Shown here: positions 29,795 to 39,238 of the stretch, in pieces
Position numbering within the stretch: the first letter of the stretch is position 1
How the letters are laid out: each line of letters starts with the position of its first letter
From: a bacterium
Lineage (GTDB): Bacteria > Patescibacteriota > Microgenomatia > UBA1400 > PJMF01
Reading direction: 5' to 3'
Assembly (NCBI GenBank): GCA_017431625.1
Contig: JAFRKQ010000021.1
Location: 77,324 to 141,323 of the forward strand
Length of the DNA: 64,000 nucleotides
The notes under the pieces: generated by a model
Told to the model about the DNA's origin: nothing
Seen by the model: only the letters and a program-made list of their open reading frames with translations
Databases searched by the model: none
Position numbers and translations under genes: made by a program

Positions 29795-30709
29795 CTATTT
29801 TCCCCACAAATCCAGCGGATAAACCCCTTGTTTGATCAAAGAAGCTATCGCCTCCACCGTGGTGCGTTTGTCCTGTGCATAAGTGACGCCAAACCAATGA
29901 CTCTGCGTGGGCAAAACTTGCATTTGAGCGATTTGGTCTTGAATTAAATGATTCACCACATTGGGCGTAAAAAACTCAAGTTTGTCGTCGTGGCCATGAG
30001 CTTGAATAAATGTACACAAATCTTGCTCTAAATAGTCAAAAAAATCTGGTGTAAAGGCAAAAAGCACCATGGATACTAAACGATTTTTATCAATTAAGTG
30101 ATCAATATTTTGCTTGTCACGACTCACAATTTGCCCCTCAACCCAGCCAATTTTGGTGTGTTCATGGATAGAAGTCAGCCGCATATTGCCATCGGCCATC
30201 AAAAGCCCCCGCGACACCCAACCATTGGGCGACAAAGTGTGAGCCAACTTATAACCTACCACGGCATAATGAGCACGCGAGTCCACCGGCAGACTTTCCA
30301 ACCACTTGGCAGTATCCTTCAAAGCCTCACGACCATAAAAGTCATCCGCACTAATGACTGCAAAAGGCTCGTGGATCAAATCACGAGCCACCCAGACTGC
30401 ATGACCCGTACCCCACGGCTTAGTGCGTGTAGTCTGCAACTGACAGCCAACCGGCAAATCATTCATTTCTTGATTGACAAATTTGATCTCTATATCAGGA
30501 GAAAACTTGTCACCATTAAAATGGCGACAAAATTCAGTGGCAAAATCTGACCGGATCACAAAGACAATCTTGTTAAAACCAGCTTGAATAGCATCATAAA
30601 CTGAATAGTCGATTAAATATTCGCCATTGGGACCAACGCTATCAATTTGCTTGAGTCCGCCATAGCGCGACCCCATACCCGCCGCCATAATCAGAAGTGT
30701 TTTTCTCAT
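29795..30709 (-). CDS. Sugar-phosphate nucleotidyltransferase (NTP_transferase fold)
   Basis: N-terminal MAAGMGSRYGGLKQ nucleotide-binding loop. Exact specificity not determinable. Confidence 0.55.
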   Translation of the reverse strand: MRKTLLIMAAGMGSRYGGLKQIDSVGPNGEYLIDYSVYDAIQAGFNKIVFVIRSDFATEFCRHFNGDKFSPDIEIKFVNQEMNDLPVGCQLQTTRTKPWGTGHAVWVARDLIHEPFAVISADDFYGREALKDTAKWLESLPVDSRAHYAVVGYKLAHTLSPNGWVSRGLLMADGNMRLTSIHEHTKIGWVEGQIVSRDKQNIDHLIDKNRLVSMVLFAFTPDFFDYLEQDLCTFIQAHGHDDKLEFFTPNVVNHLIQDQIAQMQVLPTQSHWFGVTYAQDKRTTVEAIASLIKQGVYPLDLWGK

Positions 30710-31073
30710 ACGCTATATTGTACCATAAACCCATCGTTTTGTATCAAGTAAATGTGAAAGCCAACGGCCTTGTTTTTTTAAAACGCTTATGTTATAATGA
30801 CTATTATGGCAAAAAGCAAAACCACCTCCAAAAAGAAAACTACCCTTGGGACGAAAAAACCGCACTGCCCACTAAACAAAAAACCATTCCTGCTGGTGTG
30901 CTGGTAGTGGTCAGTATTGGCATTATAGTTGTTATTGTGTGGCTTTTGGGCACTTACACTCGCGATTATCTCGATCATGACGCTCAAGTACGTGAGCGCA
31001 AGGCTGCTCTCGAACGAGCTCGTTATTAAATTTGCTCACCGATTTCATCATTAATTGCGGTATAATACCCACT

Positions 31074-31967
31074 ATGCTGCAGTTAAAATCTGGTTTACCG
31101 GTTGTTGACCCAGTGTTCCCTTCGGGGAGTGTAAATATTTGTTTTGCCACTGACCAAAATTACTTACCTTTTTTGGCAGTCACTATTCTCTCACTGCGCG
31201 ATCATGCCGATCCTCACTGCAACTATGATATTTGCATTCTCAATGATGGTCAATTGGACACTAGTCGTTTCCCCTTTGACAAATTGCAAACCGATCACTT
31301 CAAAATTCGCTTCCTCACTATGGACTTAAAAAAATACCCTTATGACTTTAGCACTCACTTGAGTGGCTATTATACCATCGCTACTTATTATCGTTTTTTT
31401 ATTGGTGAAATTTTCCGTCGTTTTGATAAAATTCTTTATCTTGATACCGACATGATTGCTATGAGCGATCCCCAGGAGCTTTTCGCCCTCCCGCTTGACG
31501 ATAAAATTTTTGCTGGTGGTACTGATCGGTGTCATTTTTTACCTATCGAAGACAATTGGCGCTCTTACGTGGCTACTACTCTTGGCATCCCCCTGGCGCA
31601 GTATTTTTGTGCTGGGATTATGCTGATGAATATTGCCAAAATGCGCGCGGCACAACTTTTGATACGCTCACTACAAAAACTTGATGAATTAGGAACACCC
31701 CAGCTAGTTGATCAAGACGTACTCAATAGTCTTTTTGCCGATAAAACGCTAGTCTTACCACCATGCTGGAATGTGATGTGGAGTGTGTTTTTGCAAGGCA
31801 GTAAGCGTGAACAAACTCTTTACAAAAAACAAGCCTTACCCGCCAAAATCATTCATTATGACTCCAAAGTCAAGCCTTGGAACACTCCTAGTGCATATTT
31901 GGCCGACCATTGGTGGTATTACGCTCGCCAGTTGGGACTCACTCCCAAAAAACTGACGTGGGATTAA
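31074..31967 (+). CDS. Family 8 glycosyltransferase (LgtC/RfaJ-like)
   Basis: NICFATDQNY…YLDTDMIA (DxD)…HYDSKVKPW. ATG 31074 lies 7 nt after -10 TATAAT 31061-31066. Track start 31032 is TTG. Confidence 0.75.
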   Translation: MLQLKSGLPVVDPVFPSGSVNICFATDQNYLPFLAVTILSLRDHADPHCNYDICILNDGQLDTSRFPFDKLQTDHFKIRFLTMDLKKYPYDFSTHLSGYYTIATYYRFFIGEIFRRFDKILYLDTDMIAMSDPQELFALPLDDKIFAGGTDRCHFLPIEDNWRSYVATTLGIPLAQYFCAGIMLMNIAKMRAAQLLIRSLQKLDELGTPQLVDQDVLNSLFADKTLVLPPCWNVMWSVFLQGSKREQTLYKKQALPAKIIHYDSKVKPWNTPSAYLADHWWYYARQLGLTPKKLTWD

Positions 31968-31975
31968 ATTGCGAG

Positions 31976-34120
31976 TCATTGATTAGGGGGCACGCTACCA
32001 GGACTCCCCATCAGCTGACGCTGACCGCGATCACCACGTCGAGCCGCGCCGCTTGCTTCCCCAGACCGATTACCACCAAAACCACCGCCGGGATTCATAC
32101 CGCCGCCGCCAAAACCGGTGTTTCCGCCCACACTGATAGCGTCTTGGGTGACAGTTTGCGTTTGCGCGCCCACGCTCACTGTATAAGTCTGACCGACTTG
32201 AAGTTCAGGATGCGAAAAAACGACACTATTACCAGTTTTTTGCACTCTGTACGAGACTAATTCTCTCTGGGAGCTATCACTAATAGTCAAAGTCTGACCA
32301 CTGGTATAATTGGTGGCAAAATTAACTTTAAATGCGGCTTGAGTTGAATTGGCCGAAAAAGTCTCCGCCATGCCCGACGAGCCTAAAGCCAAAATTGTCC
32401 CACCATGAATCACAATATCGCCGCCGCTTTCCGAACCTGAGTCCAAAGCACCATTGCCACTATTAGTGGGCCCGTCAATAATAATATCACCACCATTGAT
32501 AATTAAGTTGCCGTTGGAATCCAAACCATCGCCATCAGCGTGCACTCGTAGTATGCCACCGTCAATTTGCAACCAAGCTAAATCTTCATTACTGACAGTC
32601 ACTGTCTGTCGCCAACCAAAATCCTGGCTCTCACCGTTGCTAGCATTAAAACCATCATCTTGGGTAGTAACATCGTAGTTGCCACCAGTCACATAAATCC
32701 GCGCTCCTTCAACTCCTTCATAGCTAGCAGTCACTTGCAAATCTCCACCTTGTAAATAGACGTTATTGTCAGCATGGACGGCATCATCACCGGTAGTGAG
32801 TGTGATTTGCCCACCGGCCAGAGTGAGATCGCCATCACTATGCAGAGCGTCATCGCGACAATCCAGCACCAGTGTTCCCGCCATAATGGCCATGCTGCTC
32901 CCAGCCTTCAGACATTTGGCTGACGCCTCGCCATCTTCATCGGTATAATTGACATCACGCTGCCTAGTGGCCAAATCTGGCGGCTCAAAACGGGTCTCAT
33001 TAGACAAATTTTGATCAAAATCACTAAAATTTGGCTGTAAATCAATATTTTCCATTGGTGATAAATTACCCCATTCTGGTGGCATCGGCGGTCTGTCGCC
33101 ACTACTAGCCAGCATAGCAGTAAAATTTTCCCAGTTGTCATCTTCTGATGGGGGACTCGCAAAAGCGCGCGCTTGCTTGTCATCGCCAGTGTCAGTAGTC
33201 GCTTCCGGTCTCATCGCCCCCGGGCCAGTTTCTTGATGAGAACTAGCGGCCGCACTGCCACCACCAGTCATGATGGTAAAATGACCACCATTAAGCGTTA
33301 GATCGGTTTCGGCTTGTAAACCATCACCATCAACGTCAAGAGTAAACTGACCATCATTGATGACAATATAACCTTTGTCAGCTTTGGCGATATTATTAGC
33401 TTTAATACCCTCGCCACCACGCAAATCAAATTCACCAGTAGCGATCCGCACCGAGTCTTTGCCCAAAAGAGTGGTGCGAGTGGCCGTGATTTGGTAGTGA
33501 CCACCAGTAATCACCAGATCATCGCTGCTTCTAATCCCATGACCACCGGTCGCCGTCACACTTAGAGAGCCATCGCCATTAAAAGCCAAATCTGCTTTGG
33601 CGTAAATTGCCGCCGTCACGCCCGCGCTACTCGCCTCGGGACTGATTAAATTAGCCGCCACAATACTATTGTGAGTGTCGTCTGGGAGGGTCACAAAAAC
33701 CTTGTCTGCGGCTTTAATCCAGATCGGTGCCAAGGTCTCATGACGCAAATCCACATTGTTAAGTACCAATTGTACTTTGCTATCTTGGGCGTCCACGATT
33801 ACCTGCTGATTGTCCAAACTACCAGATAAAACATAGCTACCGGCGGTCACAATATGAACATCACCATTCAAAACATAAGCCCCGCCATTATGACCCAAAT
33901 TGGTCAAATCATTAAGATCGATTTTGATCGCGCTCGTCTCACTCCATGAACTATCATAATCGCGAGCCGAAAAGCTACCGCCACGATCAGCACCGCCATC
34001 AGAAATAATTTTACTCACACCCAGCCGCTCACTATTGATAAAGATCACTGTTAAAGCTACCGTCGCCGCTACAATGAGACCGCAAATCAAATCTGTATGT
34101 CGATGCAGAGACCAATTCAT
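31976..34120 (-). CDS. Large secreted/anchored protein with parallel beta-helix-like repeats and Gly-rich C-terminus
   Basis: N-terminal signal anchor, recurrent GG/DGDGL/ITGG repeat pattern, C-terminal GGNTGFGGGGMNPGGGFGG. Confidence 0.4.
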   Translation of the reverse strand: MNWSLHRHTDLICGLIVAATVALTVIFINSERLGVSKIISDGGADRGGSFSARDYDSSWSETSAIKIDLNDLTNLGHNGGAYVLNGDVHIVTAGSYVLSGSLDNQQVIVDAQDSKVQLVLNNVDLRHETLAPIWIKAADKVFVTLPDDTHNSIVAANLISPEASSAGVTAAIYAKADLAFNGDGSLSVTATGGHGIRSSDDLVITGGHYQITATRTTLLGKDSVRIATGEFDLRGGEGIKANNIAKADKGYIVINDGQFTLDVDGDGLQAETDLTLNGGHFTIMTGGGSAAASSHQETGPGAMRPEATTDTGDDKQARAFASPPSEDDNWENFTAMLASSGDRPPMPPEWGNLSPMENIDLQPNFSDFDQNLSNETRFEPPDLATRQRDVNYTDEDGEASAKCLKAGSSMAIMAGTLVLDCRDDALHSDGDLTLAGGQITLTTGDDAVHADNNVYLQGGDLQVTASYEGVEGARIYVTGGNYDVTTQDDGFNASNGESQDFGWRQTVTVSNEDLAWLQIDGGILRVHADGDGLDSNGNLIINGGDIIIDGPTNSGNGALDSGSESGGDIVIHGGTILALGSSGMAETFSANSTQAAFKVNFATNYTSGQTLTISDSSQRELVSYRVQKTGNSVVFSHPELQVGQTYTVSVGAQTQTVTQDAISVGGNTGFGGGGMNPGGGFGGNRSGEASGAARRGDRGQRQLMGSPGSVPPNQ

Positions 34121-34128
34121 GAATGCCT

Positions 34129-34797
34129 TTACATGTATTCACCATTAAAACTAACCAATACCGCGCTCGTCACGCCATCCAGCTGACTCAATTCGTTGAC
34201 AAAATCTGTCCGGCCATCATTAAGGCGCAGTTCGTAGGTAAGTTCAAACTTGCCCGCACGAGCCGTTTTACTTTTGAGATTGACCTTGCTTGCTTGGGCT
34301 CGTAAAATTTTATCTGCCATTTGCTCACTTACATCCCCATCACAAGTAATAATGGCCATAAAAGGCTTGGTCTTGGTTTGGCGATTGGCAAAAAGCATGA
34401 TCACCACTCCGATCAGCAAACTACCAAAAACTCCCAGCGGGAACATACCGGCAGCCAGCACAATGCCGACCGCAATTGACCAAAAAAGGAAAGCAATGTC
34501 CAATGGCTCTTTGATTGCTGCCCGAAAACGAACAATTGACAACGCCCCCACCATACCCAAAGAAAGAACAATATTGGAAGTCACGGCCAAAATAATAAGC
34601 GTGGTAATTAGCGATAGGGCAATCAAAGTCACCCCAAAACTGGTGGAATACATAACCCCTTGATAGGTCCGGCGGTACACCCAAAATATAAAAACACCAA
34701 TGCCGAAGGCCAAAAGCATCGCCAGTACCATATCAAACATTGATACCGCGGTGACATTTTCCAAAAAACTCGACTTAAAAATATCACTTAAACTCAT
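34129..34797 (-). CDS. DUF4956-like polytopic membrane protein
   Basis: 4-TM N-terminal half plus soluble C-terminal domain. Sits next to VTC-domain gene, a recurrent pairing. Confidence 0.5.
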   Translation of the reverse strand: MSLSDIFKSSFLENVTAVSMFDMVLAMLLAFGIGVFIFWVYRRTYQGVMYSTSFGVTLIALSLITTLIILAVTSNIVLSLGMVGALSIVRFRAAIKEPLDIAFLFWSIAVGIVLAAGMFPLGVFGSLLIGVVIMLFANRQTKTKPFMAIITCDGDVSEQMADKILRAQASKVNLKSKTARAGKFELTYELRLNDGRTDFVNELSQLDGVTSAVLVSFNGEYM

Positions 34798-34864
34798 TTT
34801 TCCTTTCTCTCTTGCATTTTTTATTCATTGTTTTCATACTATTATTACATATTGCCATCAATTC

Positions 34865-35560
34865 CTAACCAAACACCCGGCAATTGGCGTACTTAGAAAA
34901 TGGTGCTGTTCGTCGCCCCGTCAGTTGTACGACTGCCTTCACTACATCGGGCAAAAAAGTATCCCATTTCACCTCCATCACTGCTGGGTTATCAGGCACG
35001 CTGACCGTAGGTAAATCAGGACTTAAGGCCTCAGTGCTCGTCACCCCCGTACGCAAGTCATAATCCAGAGTCACCCGCACACCACCAGCAGGATAAAAAT
35101 AAGCCTCGCGTTGATAATCCACGATAGTCTTGGGACGCAAACCTTGGGTGAGCATTTTGTAGTAAAGCTCGCGCAACAAATCAAACTCACTGTCAGCCAA
35201 CCACAACCAATCGCCAGCGATTATTTTTTGTGTTTCTTTGCTGGTTAGTGGTGCCATTGTTTTATTGCCAACACTATTCCACTTGTATTTTTTCTCCAAG
35301 CGAATAAATGACAAATCGTGATTGTAATAACGAATGCGAAACTTCTCACGTTTATTAACACCATCAAGTTTTTCGCGCAAAGCTTTATTTTCTGGAGTGT
35401 CAAAATAAAGACTCCTGATAAAATAAAGTCCATCGCCATGCAAAGAGTAGGGGTCAGGAGTCAGCACCGAGCGCAATCGTGTGCGTAAAATCTGCAAATC
35501 CATTTGATTAATGGCAATTTTCCACTCGTAGCGATAATCTCGCAAACCTTCAACACTCAT
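34865..35560 (-). CDS. VTC-domain (CYTH-like / polyphosphate-polymerase-like) protein
   Basis: …DYRYEWKIAINQMDLQILRTRL…LYFIRSLYFDTPEN…KFRIRYY… resembles bacterial VTC domain proteins. Confidence 0.55.
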   Translation of the reverse strand: MSVEGLRDYRYEWKIAINQMDLQILRTRLRSVLTPDPYSLHGDGLYFIRSLYFDTPENKALREKLDGVNKREKFRIRYYNHDLSFIRLEKKYKWNSVGNKTMAPLTSKETQKIIAGDWLWLADSEFDLLRELYYKMLTQGLRPKTIVDYQREAYFYPAGGVRVTLDYDLRTGVTSTEALSPDLPTVSVPDNPAVMEVKWDTFLPDVVKAVVQLTGRRTAPFSKYANCRVFG

Positions 35561-35679
35561 GAGAAGTATTATACCACATCTAGTTTAAAAAATAGTTAAA
35601 ATCCATACTAATTACATTAACTAAAAATCATTTAAGAGTCATTGGTCACCAACCGAAACACTGCCCGCTACCAACTTAG

Positions 35680-35739
35680 TGCGGAGATCTGTGCGTAGCT
35701 CGGCACTAGAGTGCGGAGCTCGGCGCACAGCTCGGCACT
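35680..35739. repeat. Repeat element copy B (same 12-bp unit architecture as 24077-24136, direct orientation)
   Basis: Units TGCGGAGATCTG, TGCGTAGCTCGG, 8-bp spacer, TGCGGAGCTCGG, CGCACAGCTCGG, CACT. Confidence 0.8.
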
Positions 35740-35832
35740 AAAGCGCCAAGCTGTGGCGGACGGCGACTTTCTATCAATACCGAATAAGTGAATTAACTAA
35801 CAAAAAACTGACAATTATCAACAAAAAACATT

Positions 35833-36717
35833 TTATGTGGTCACAAAAGTAGGATAAATTAAACCAGTGGTAATTGCTTGTGGACGCAAGTCTTCAATTT
35901 CTGCCAAACCCACTTTACCCCAATACAAATCACGAATATCATGAGTGGGATCACGCAAATAAGCCGCCACTTGATGATAGCCTTCCCAATAAACCAAATC
36001 CTTGGTAAATCCCCCGGGCTGACTGGTATCGCGAACACCCCGCTTGACGCGCAAACTATTGGTAAAAGCGCGCGCCGGCGATAAACCTAAACGCAAATTT
36101 TGCTGGTACACCGTCTTAAAATCCGCCGTCTGTGCTAAATAAACCAAGGTATAAAGCAAAGCAGCTTGTCGCAGATCGGGATTGTTTTTATCCTTACTAT
36201 TATAAATGGCCAGACCTTCTTCTGTTTTTTTCCAGTATTTTTGACGTTGACGCATCTGTGCGTGCCACGGCTGGTGCTCATCATTGAGTCGACGCAAAAG
36301 ATGGGTTTGGATTTCGTGATTGAGGACACTGACGAATTGCTCTTGACTGACTTTGGCCGGCCACTGGACGCTGAGAGTCAGATCATCGCGCATCATAAAG
36401 CGACTATTTTGCTGGCGACTTTTGACTAAAGTAATGGGTGCCATGCCCAAGCGCACGCACAAATCTCGCAATAAAACTTCCAGCTCAATAAAACTCAAGG
36501 GGTGATCAATCACACTCGTCGCTTTGAGAGAGTGTTGATGCAAATAAGCTTGTGAGTGCTCATACTCCAAGCGGCTAGGAAGGCCATATTTGGTCAAAAC
36601 AGCCAGTGAATAATCTCGAGCATAAACAAACTGAGGATTGTAATCACCCCCACGCTCCCAAAATATTTGCTTTTGTTCGTCTAAATTTAATGGTACCAAA
36701 TTACTAATCAAACTCAC
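35833..36717 (-). CDS. DUF1704-like protein (QEGLA-motif Tyr/Phe carboxypeptidase-like family)
   Basis: …NHEIQTHLLRRLN… and …KKTEEGLAIYNS… (EEGLA variant of the QEGLA motif). Confidence 0.45.
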   Translation of the reverse strand: MSLISNLVPLNLDEQKQIFWERGGDYNPQFVYARDYSLAVLTKYGLPSRLEYEHSQAYLHQHSLKATSVIDHPLSFIELEVLLRDLCVRLGMAPITLVKSRQQNSRFMMRDDLTLSVQWPAKVSQEQFVSVLNHEIQTHLLRRLNDEHQPWHAQMRQRQKYWKKTEEGLAIYNSKDKNNPDLRQAALLYTLVYLAQTADFKTVYQQNLRLGLSPARAFTNSLRVKRGVRDTSQPGGFTKDLVYWEGYHQVAAYLRDPTHDIRDLYWGKVGLAEIEDLRPQAITTGLIYPTFVTT

Positions 36718-36741
36718 CCCAGTATTATACCATATCAGACA

Positions 36742-38373
36742 CTACTTTTTACCCCATTTTGGCAAGCGCAACTTGAAGCGCTGATTTTGATAATCGACAA
36801 TATCGGAAAGTTTTTCAATTTCGCGTGAACTATTACCCAGACGAATATAAAATTTTTCTTGCTTGACCCCATTTTTGTCCGTAATATTGGTATATAATGC
36901 CGAGTGACCTTTTTTGACTTTGACCACGCAGACTTCTTTATTTTCCAGCACCGGAAAAAAGATTTCAATCCTTCTGGCGGCAAAATGTTGACCGTAAGCC
37001 TGAGAAATCATCGCTCGCAAGTGTAACTCAAAACCATCTTTGTCAGGTTTTTTGAGCGTGGTGTAGTCATTTTCCAACCCCAAGACGCGAGCATCGTCGC
37101 TCACCCCAATAATTAATAAACCACCATCAGTATTATTGAAAGCGGCTACACTTTTGAGAATCGCATGTTCCAAATTTTTGTTGAGTTGTTTTTGATTGAG
37201 ATCAAACCGCAGTGTAGACTTGAACTCGAGTCCCGCATTTTCCCCATTTTTGATAATGTCCTTGATCTGATTGGTAAAATAAAAGCGTTTGGAATAACGA
37301 GCATAGTAATAGAAAAAAGTTAGCAAATTGGCCGCAATAAAAATCAAAAGCACCCAAGTGATCCACGATGTGCGAATGCCCCAAAAGCCAAAAGGCTCAA
37401 CTTCAGGCACAATAATGGCCAACAAATTATACTCAGTACGCGTGACTGCCGGCGAGATTTTGACCCAATACGTCTGACGATCTAGCTGATAGGGGAAGAT
37501 ATCTCGTCCCGTCTCAAGATATGTTTGCCACAAGTGATTATCCAAAAAACGTCCGCGCCGCTCGGCCAAAAGACCACCGGGTATATTCTCACCGTCAAGA
37601 GGCAACAATTCTGCCTCGAGGCTGGCTTGTAGCGACATGGTCAAATCCCAAAAGTAAAGCTGATGAGTAGCGTGACTGCTAGCAAAAGTAATCGCTCCAA
37701 TTTGTTTTTGATGAGGCCGCAAAGCCGTAAACTCTCCCGGAAAATCTATTGCCGCCAAAAAATATACTTTTTCGCCACTATCATCTTGTGTCAACCAAAA
37801 AAGTGCGATTTCACGGGATTTTTCTGGTTTGGCGGCATACCAATAGATCTGATCGGGTGGAAGTTCTTGCGTCAAAAGCCAAGCGACAAAATCCTGGTCA
37901 ACACCGGTTTCGAGCTGCCAAGTCACGTCACCAGTATCTTCATCTCGAGTGGGACGCGCGAGCCACTGATTATTGACACCGACACGGCCAAACTGTAAAT
38001 ATTTGAGCGCTGGCAATTGTTTCAAGGTGGGAGTCAAACTGGCGACAAATTGCTCGCCGTCTGTCTCGCTAGTCACTTCGCTCACAACTCTGGTAGCAAG
38101 ATTTCCTTGATAATCCAACCAAAAATATAAACTATCATAAGCAGGATAAAATTGCGTGACAAATTCATTTTCCACGCGCTCCAGCTCATCACGATTGATC
38201 AGCAAATGAATTTGCCGACTACTCAATAAATATTGAGCCACCAGAGCCAAAACCACAAAAACTAACAACCAACGCGCTCGATCAAACAGTGTCCGACCGC
38301 TGACATCCCGCACTTGAAAAGGCTGGAGAAGGCGATTGTTCTGTACTGACTGCCAAAAAGGTATTTTTGCCAT
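36742..38373 (-). CDS. Membrane protein: TM1, ~310-aa extracytoplasmic domain, TM2, cytoplasmic AlbA_2 (Schlafen-like) DNA-binding domain
   Basis: C-terminus …ENAGLEFKSTLRFD…AFNNTDGGLLIIGVSDDARVLGLE…CVVKVKKGHSALYT…KFYIRLGNSSREI matches AlbA_2. Start corrected to MAKIPFWQ (ATG at 38373). Confidence 0.6.
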   Translation of the reverse strand: MAKIPFWQSVQNNRLLQPFQVRDVSGRTLFDRARWLLVFVVLALVAQYLLSSRQIHLLINRDELERVENEFVTQFYPAYDSLYFWLDYQGNLATRVVSEVTSETDGEQFVASLTPTLKQLPALKYLQFGRVGVNNQWLARPTRDEDTGDVTWQLETGVDQDFVAWLLTQELPPDQIYWYAAKPEKSREIALFWLTQDDSGEKVYFLAAIDFPGEFTALRPHQKQIGAITFASSHATHQLYFWDLTMSLQASLEAELLPLDGENIPGGLLAERRGRFLDNHLWQTYLETGRDIFPYQLDRQTYWVKISPAVTRTEYNLLAIIVPEVEPFGFWGIRTSWITWVLLIFIAANLLTFFYYYARYSKRFYFTNQIKDIIKNGENAGLEFKSTLRFDLNQKQLNKNLEHAILKSVAAFNNTDGGLLIIGVSDDARVLGLENDYTTLKKPDKDGFELHLRAMISQAYGQHFAARRIEIFFPVLENKEVCVVKVKKGHSALYTNITDKNGVKQEKFYIRLGNSSREIEKLSDIVDYQNQRFKLRLPKWGKK

Positions 38374-38545
38374 TTGCTCATATTTTACCCCAAAAAATAC
38401 TATTTTGAGAGGCAATTTGCCAACAAGACAAAAAACCTTGGCACACGCGCCAATGTGACCACAGATGTTCACTGCTTGACCCGCAAACATCATTTTGCCT
38501 TAGCAAAATGTGCACATGTGAGGTATAATAAGCAGTATTAACAAT

Positions 38546-38631
38546 GGAAGCATCGCCTAGCGGCTATGGCAACAGTCTTGAAAACTGTCGGGGTTTCCCC
38601 GTCGTGGGTTCGAGTCCCACTGCTTCCGCCA
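38546..38631 (+). tRNA. tRNA-Ser (anticodon TGA), long variable arm, encoded CCA
   Basis: Cloverleaf read manually: acceptor GGAAGCA/TGCTTCC, D-arm GCC…GGC, anticodon stem ACAGT/ACTGT with loop CTTGAAA, 15-nt variable arm, T-arm GTGGG-TTCGAGT-CCCAC, discriminator G + CCA. Confidence 0.9.
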
Positions 38632-38700
38632 AACCTTTCTCGTTTTGGCATAACTTAAATATCGACTCACCTAAAATCTGCATCAAGCGGATTTATTGTT

Positions 38701-38937
38701 ATGAGACGATATTATAACATACAAATTGATACAAATGTGACTAATTTCACTGATGGTGCCGATCTTTTGTGTCGCGAAATCAAGAAATTACACTCATGGG
38801 AGCGTATCAGTGTTATTAAAAATTTGCTCCAAAAAGGCTTAAGTCAAGCAAAAATTGCCAAGATTCTGGGAGTAAGTCCTCAATCAATCAGCCAACTGTT
38901 AAAACAAAATCCCACAAGAAAGGAAGACCATGAGTGA
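38701..38937 (+). CDS. Small HTH DNA-binding protein (Cro/excisionase-like candidate)
   Basis: C-terminal helix-turn-helix GLSQAKIAKILGVSPQSISQL. Confidence 0.5.
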   Translation: MRRYYNIQIDTNVTNFTDGADLLCREIKKLHSWERISVIKNLLQKGLSQAKIAKILGVSPQSISQLLKQNPTRKEDHE

Positions 38938-39238
38938 AGTCGTTTTGTCATTATTTTGACTTTAGTGTTTGTCAGCATCCTTTTTATCCTTTCTGGCGAA
39001 CCAAGTATAAAGTAGTTGTGAGTTTCACAGATGACTTTAAGGAATTAAAGCCATTCAATGAGACAAACGTAATAGTTCTTTGACATCGGGTGGCAAATGG
39101 CAAGCGGGGTTTTCGTTTTTTTCGCCCCGTTAGACATAATCATTAATAATTTCTAACTTTTTGCACCGCAGTTATGCTTTAGTTTGTCTTTGGCATCTTG
39201 TCAGCCAGTCGCCCGATGGTCCAAAGATAGGTGGACAT

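Noticed and set aside
38546-38631. tRNA-Ser as a possible tRNA-Sec
   Set aside because: Anticodon reads TGA (decodes UCA), not TCA. Acceptor/T-arm geometry is the standard 7/5 of tRNA-Ser, not 8/5 or 9/4.
38632-39238. Integrase adjacent to the tRNA attachment site
   Set aside because: Only a 78-aa HTH ORF and non-coding DNA on both strands. No ORF with tyrosine/serine recombinase motifs.
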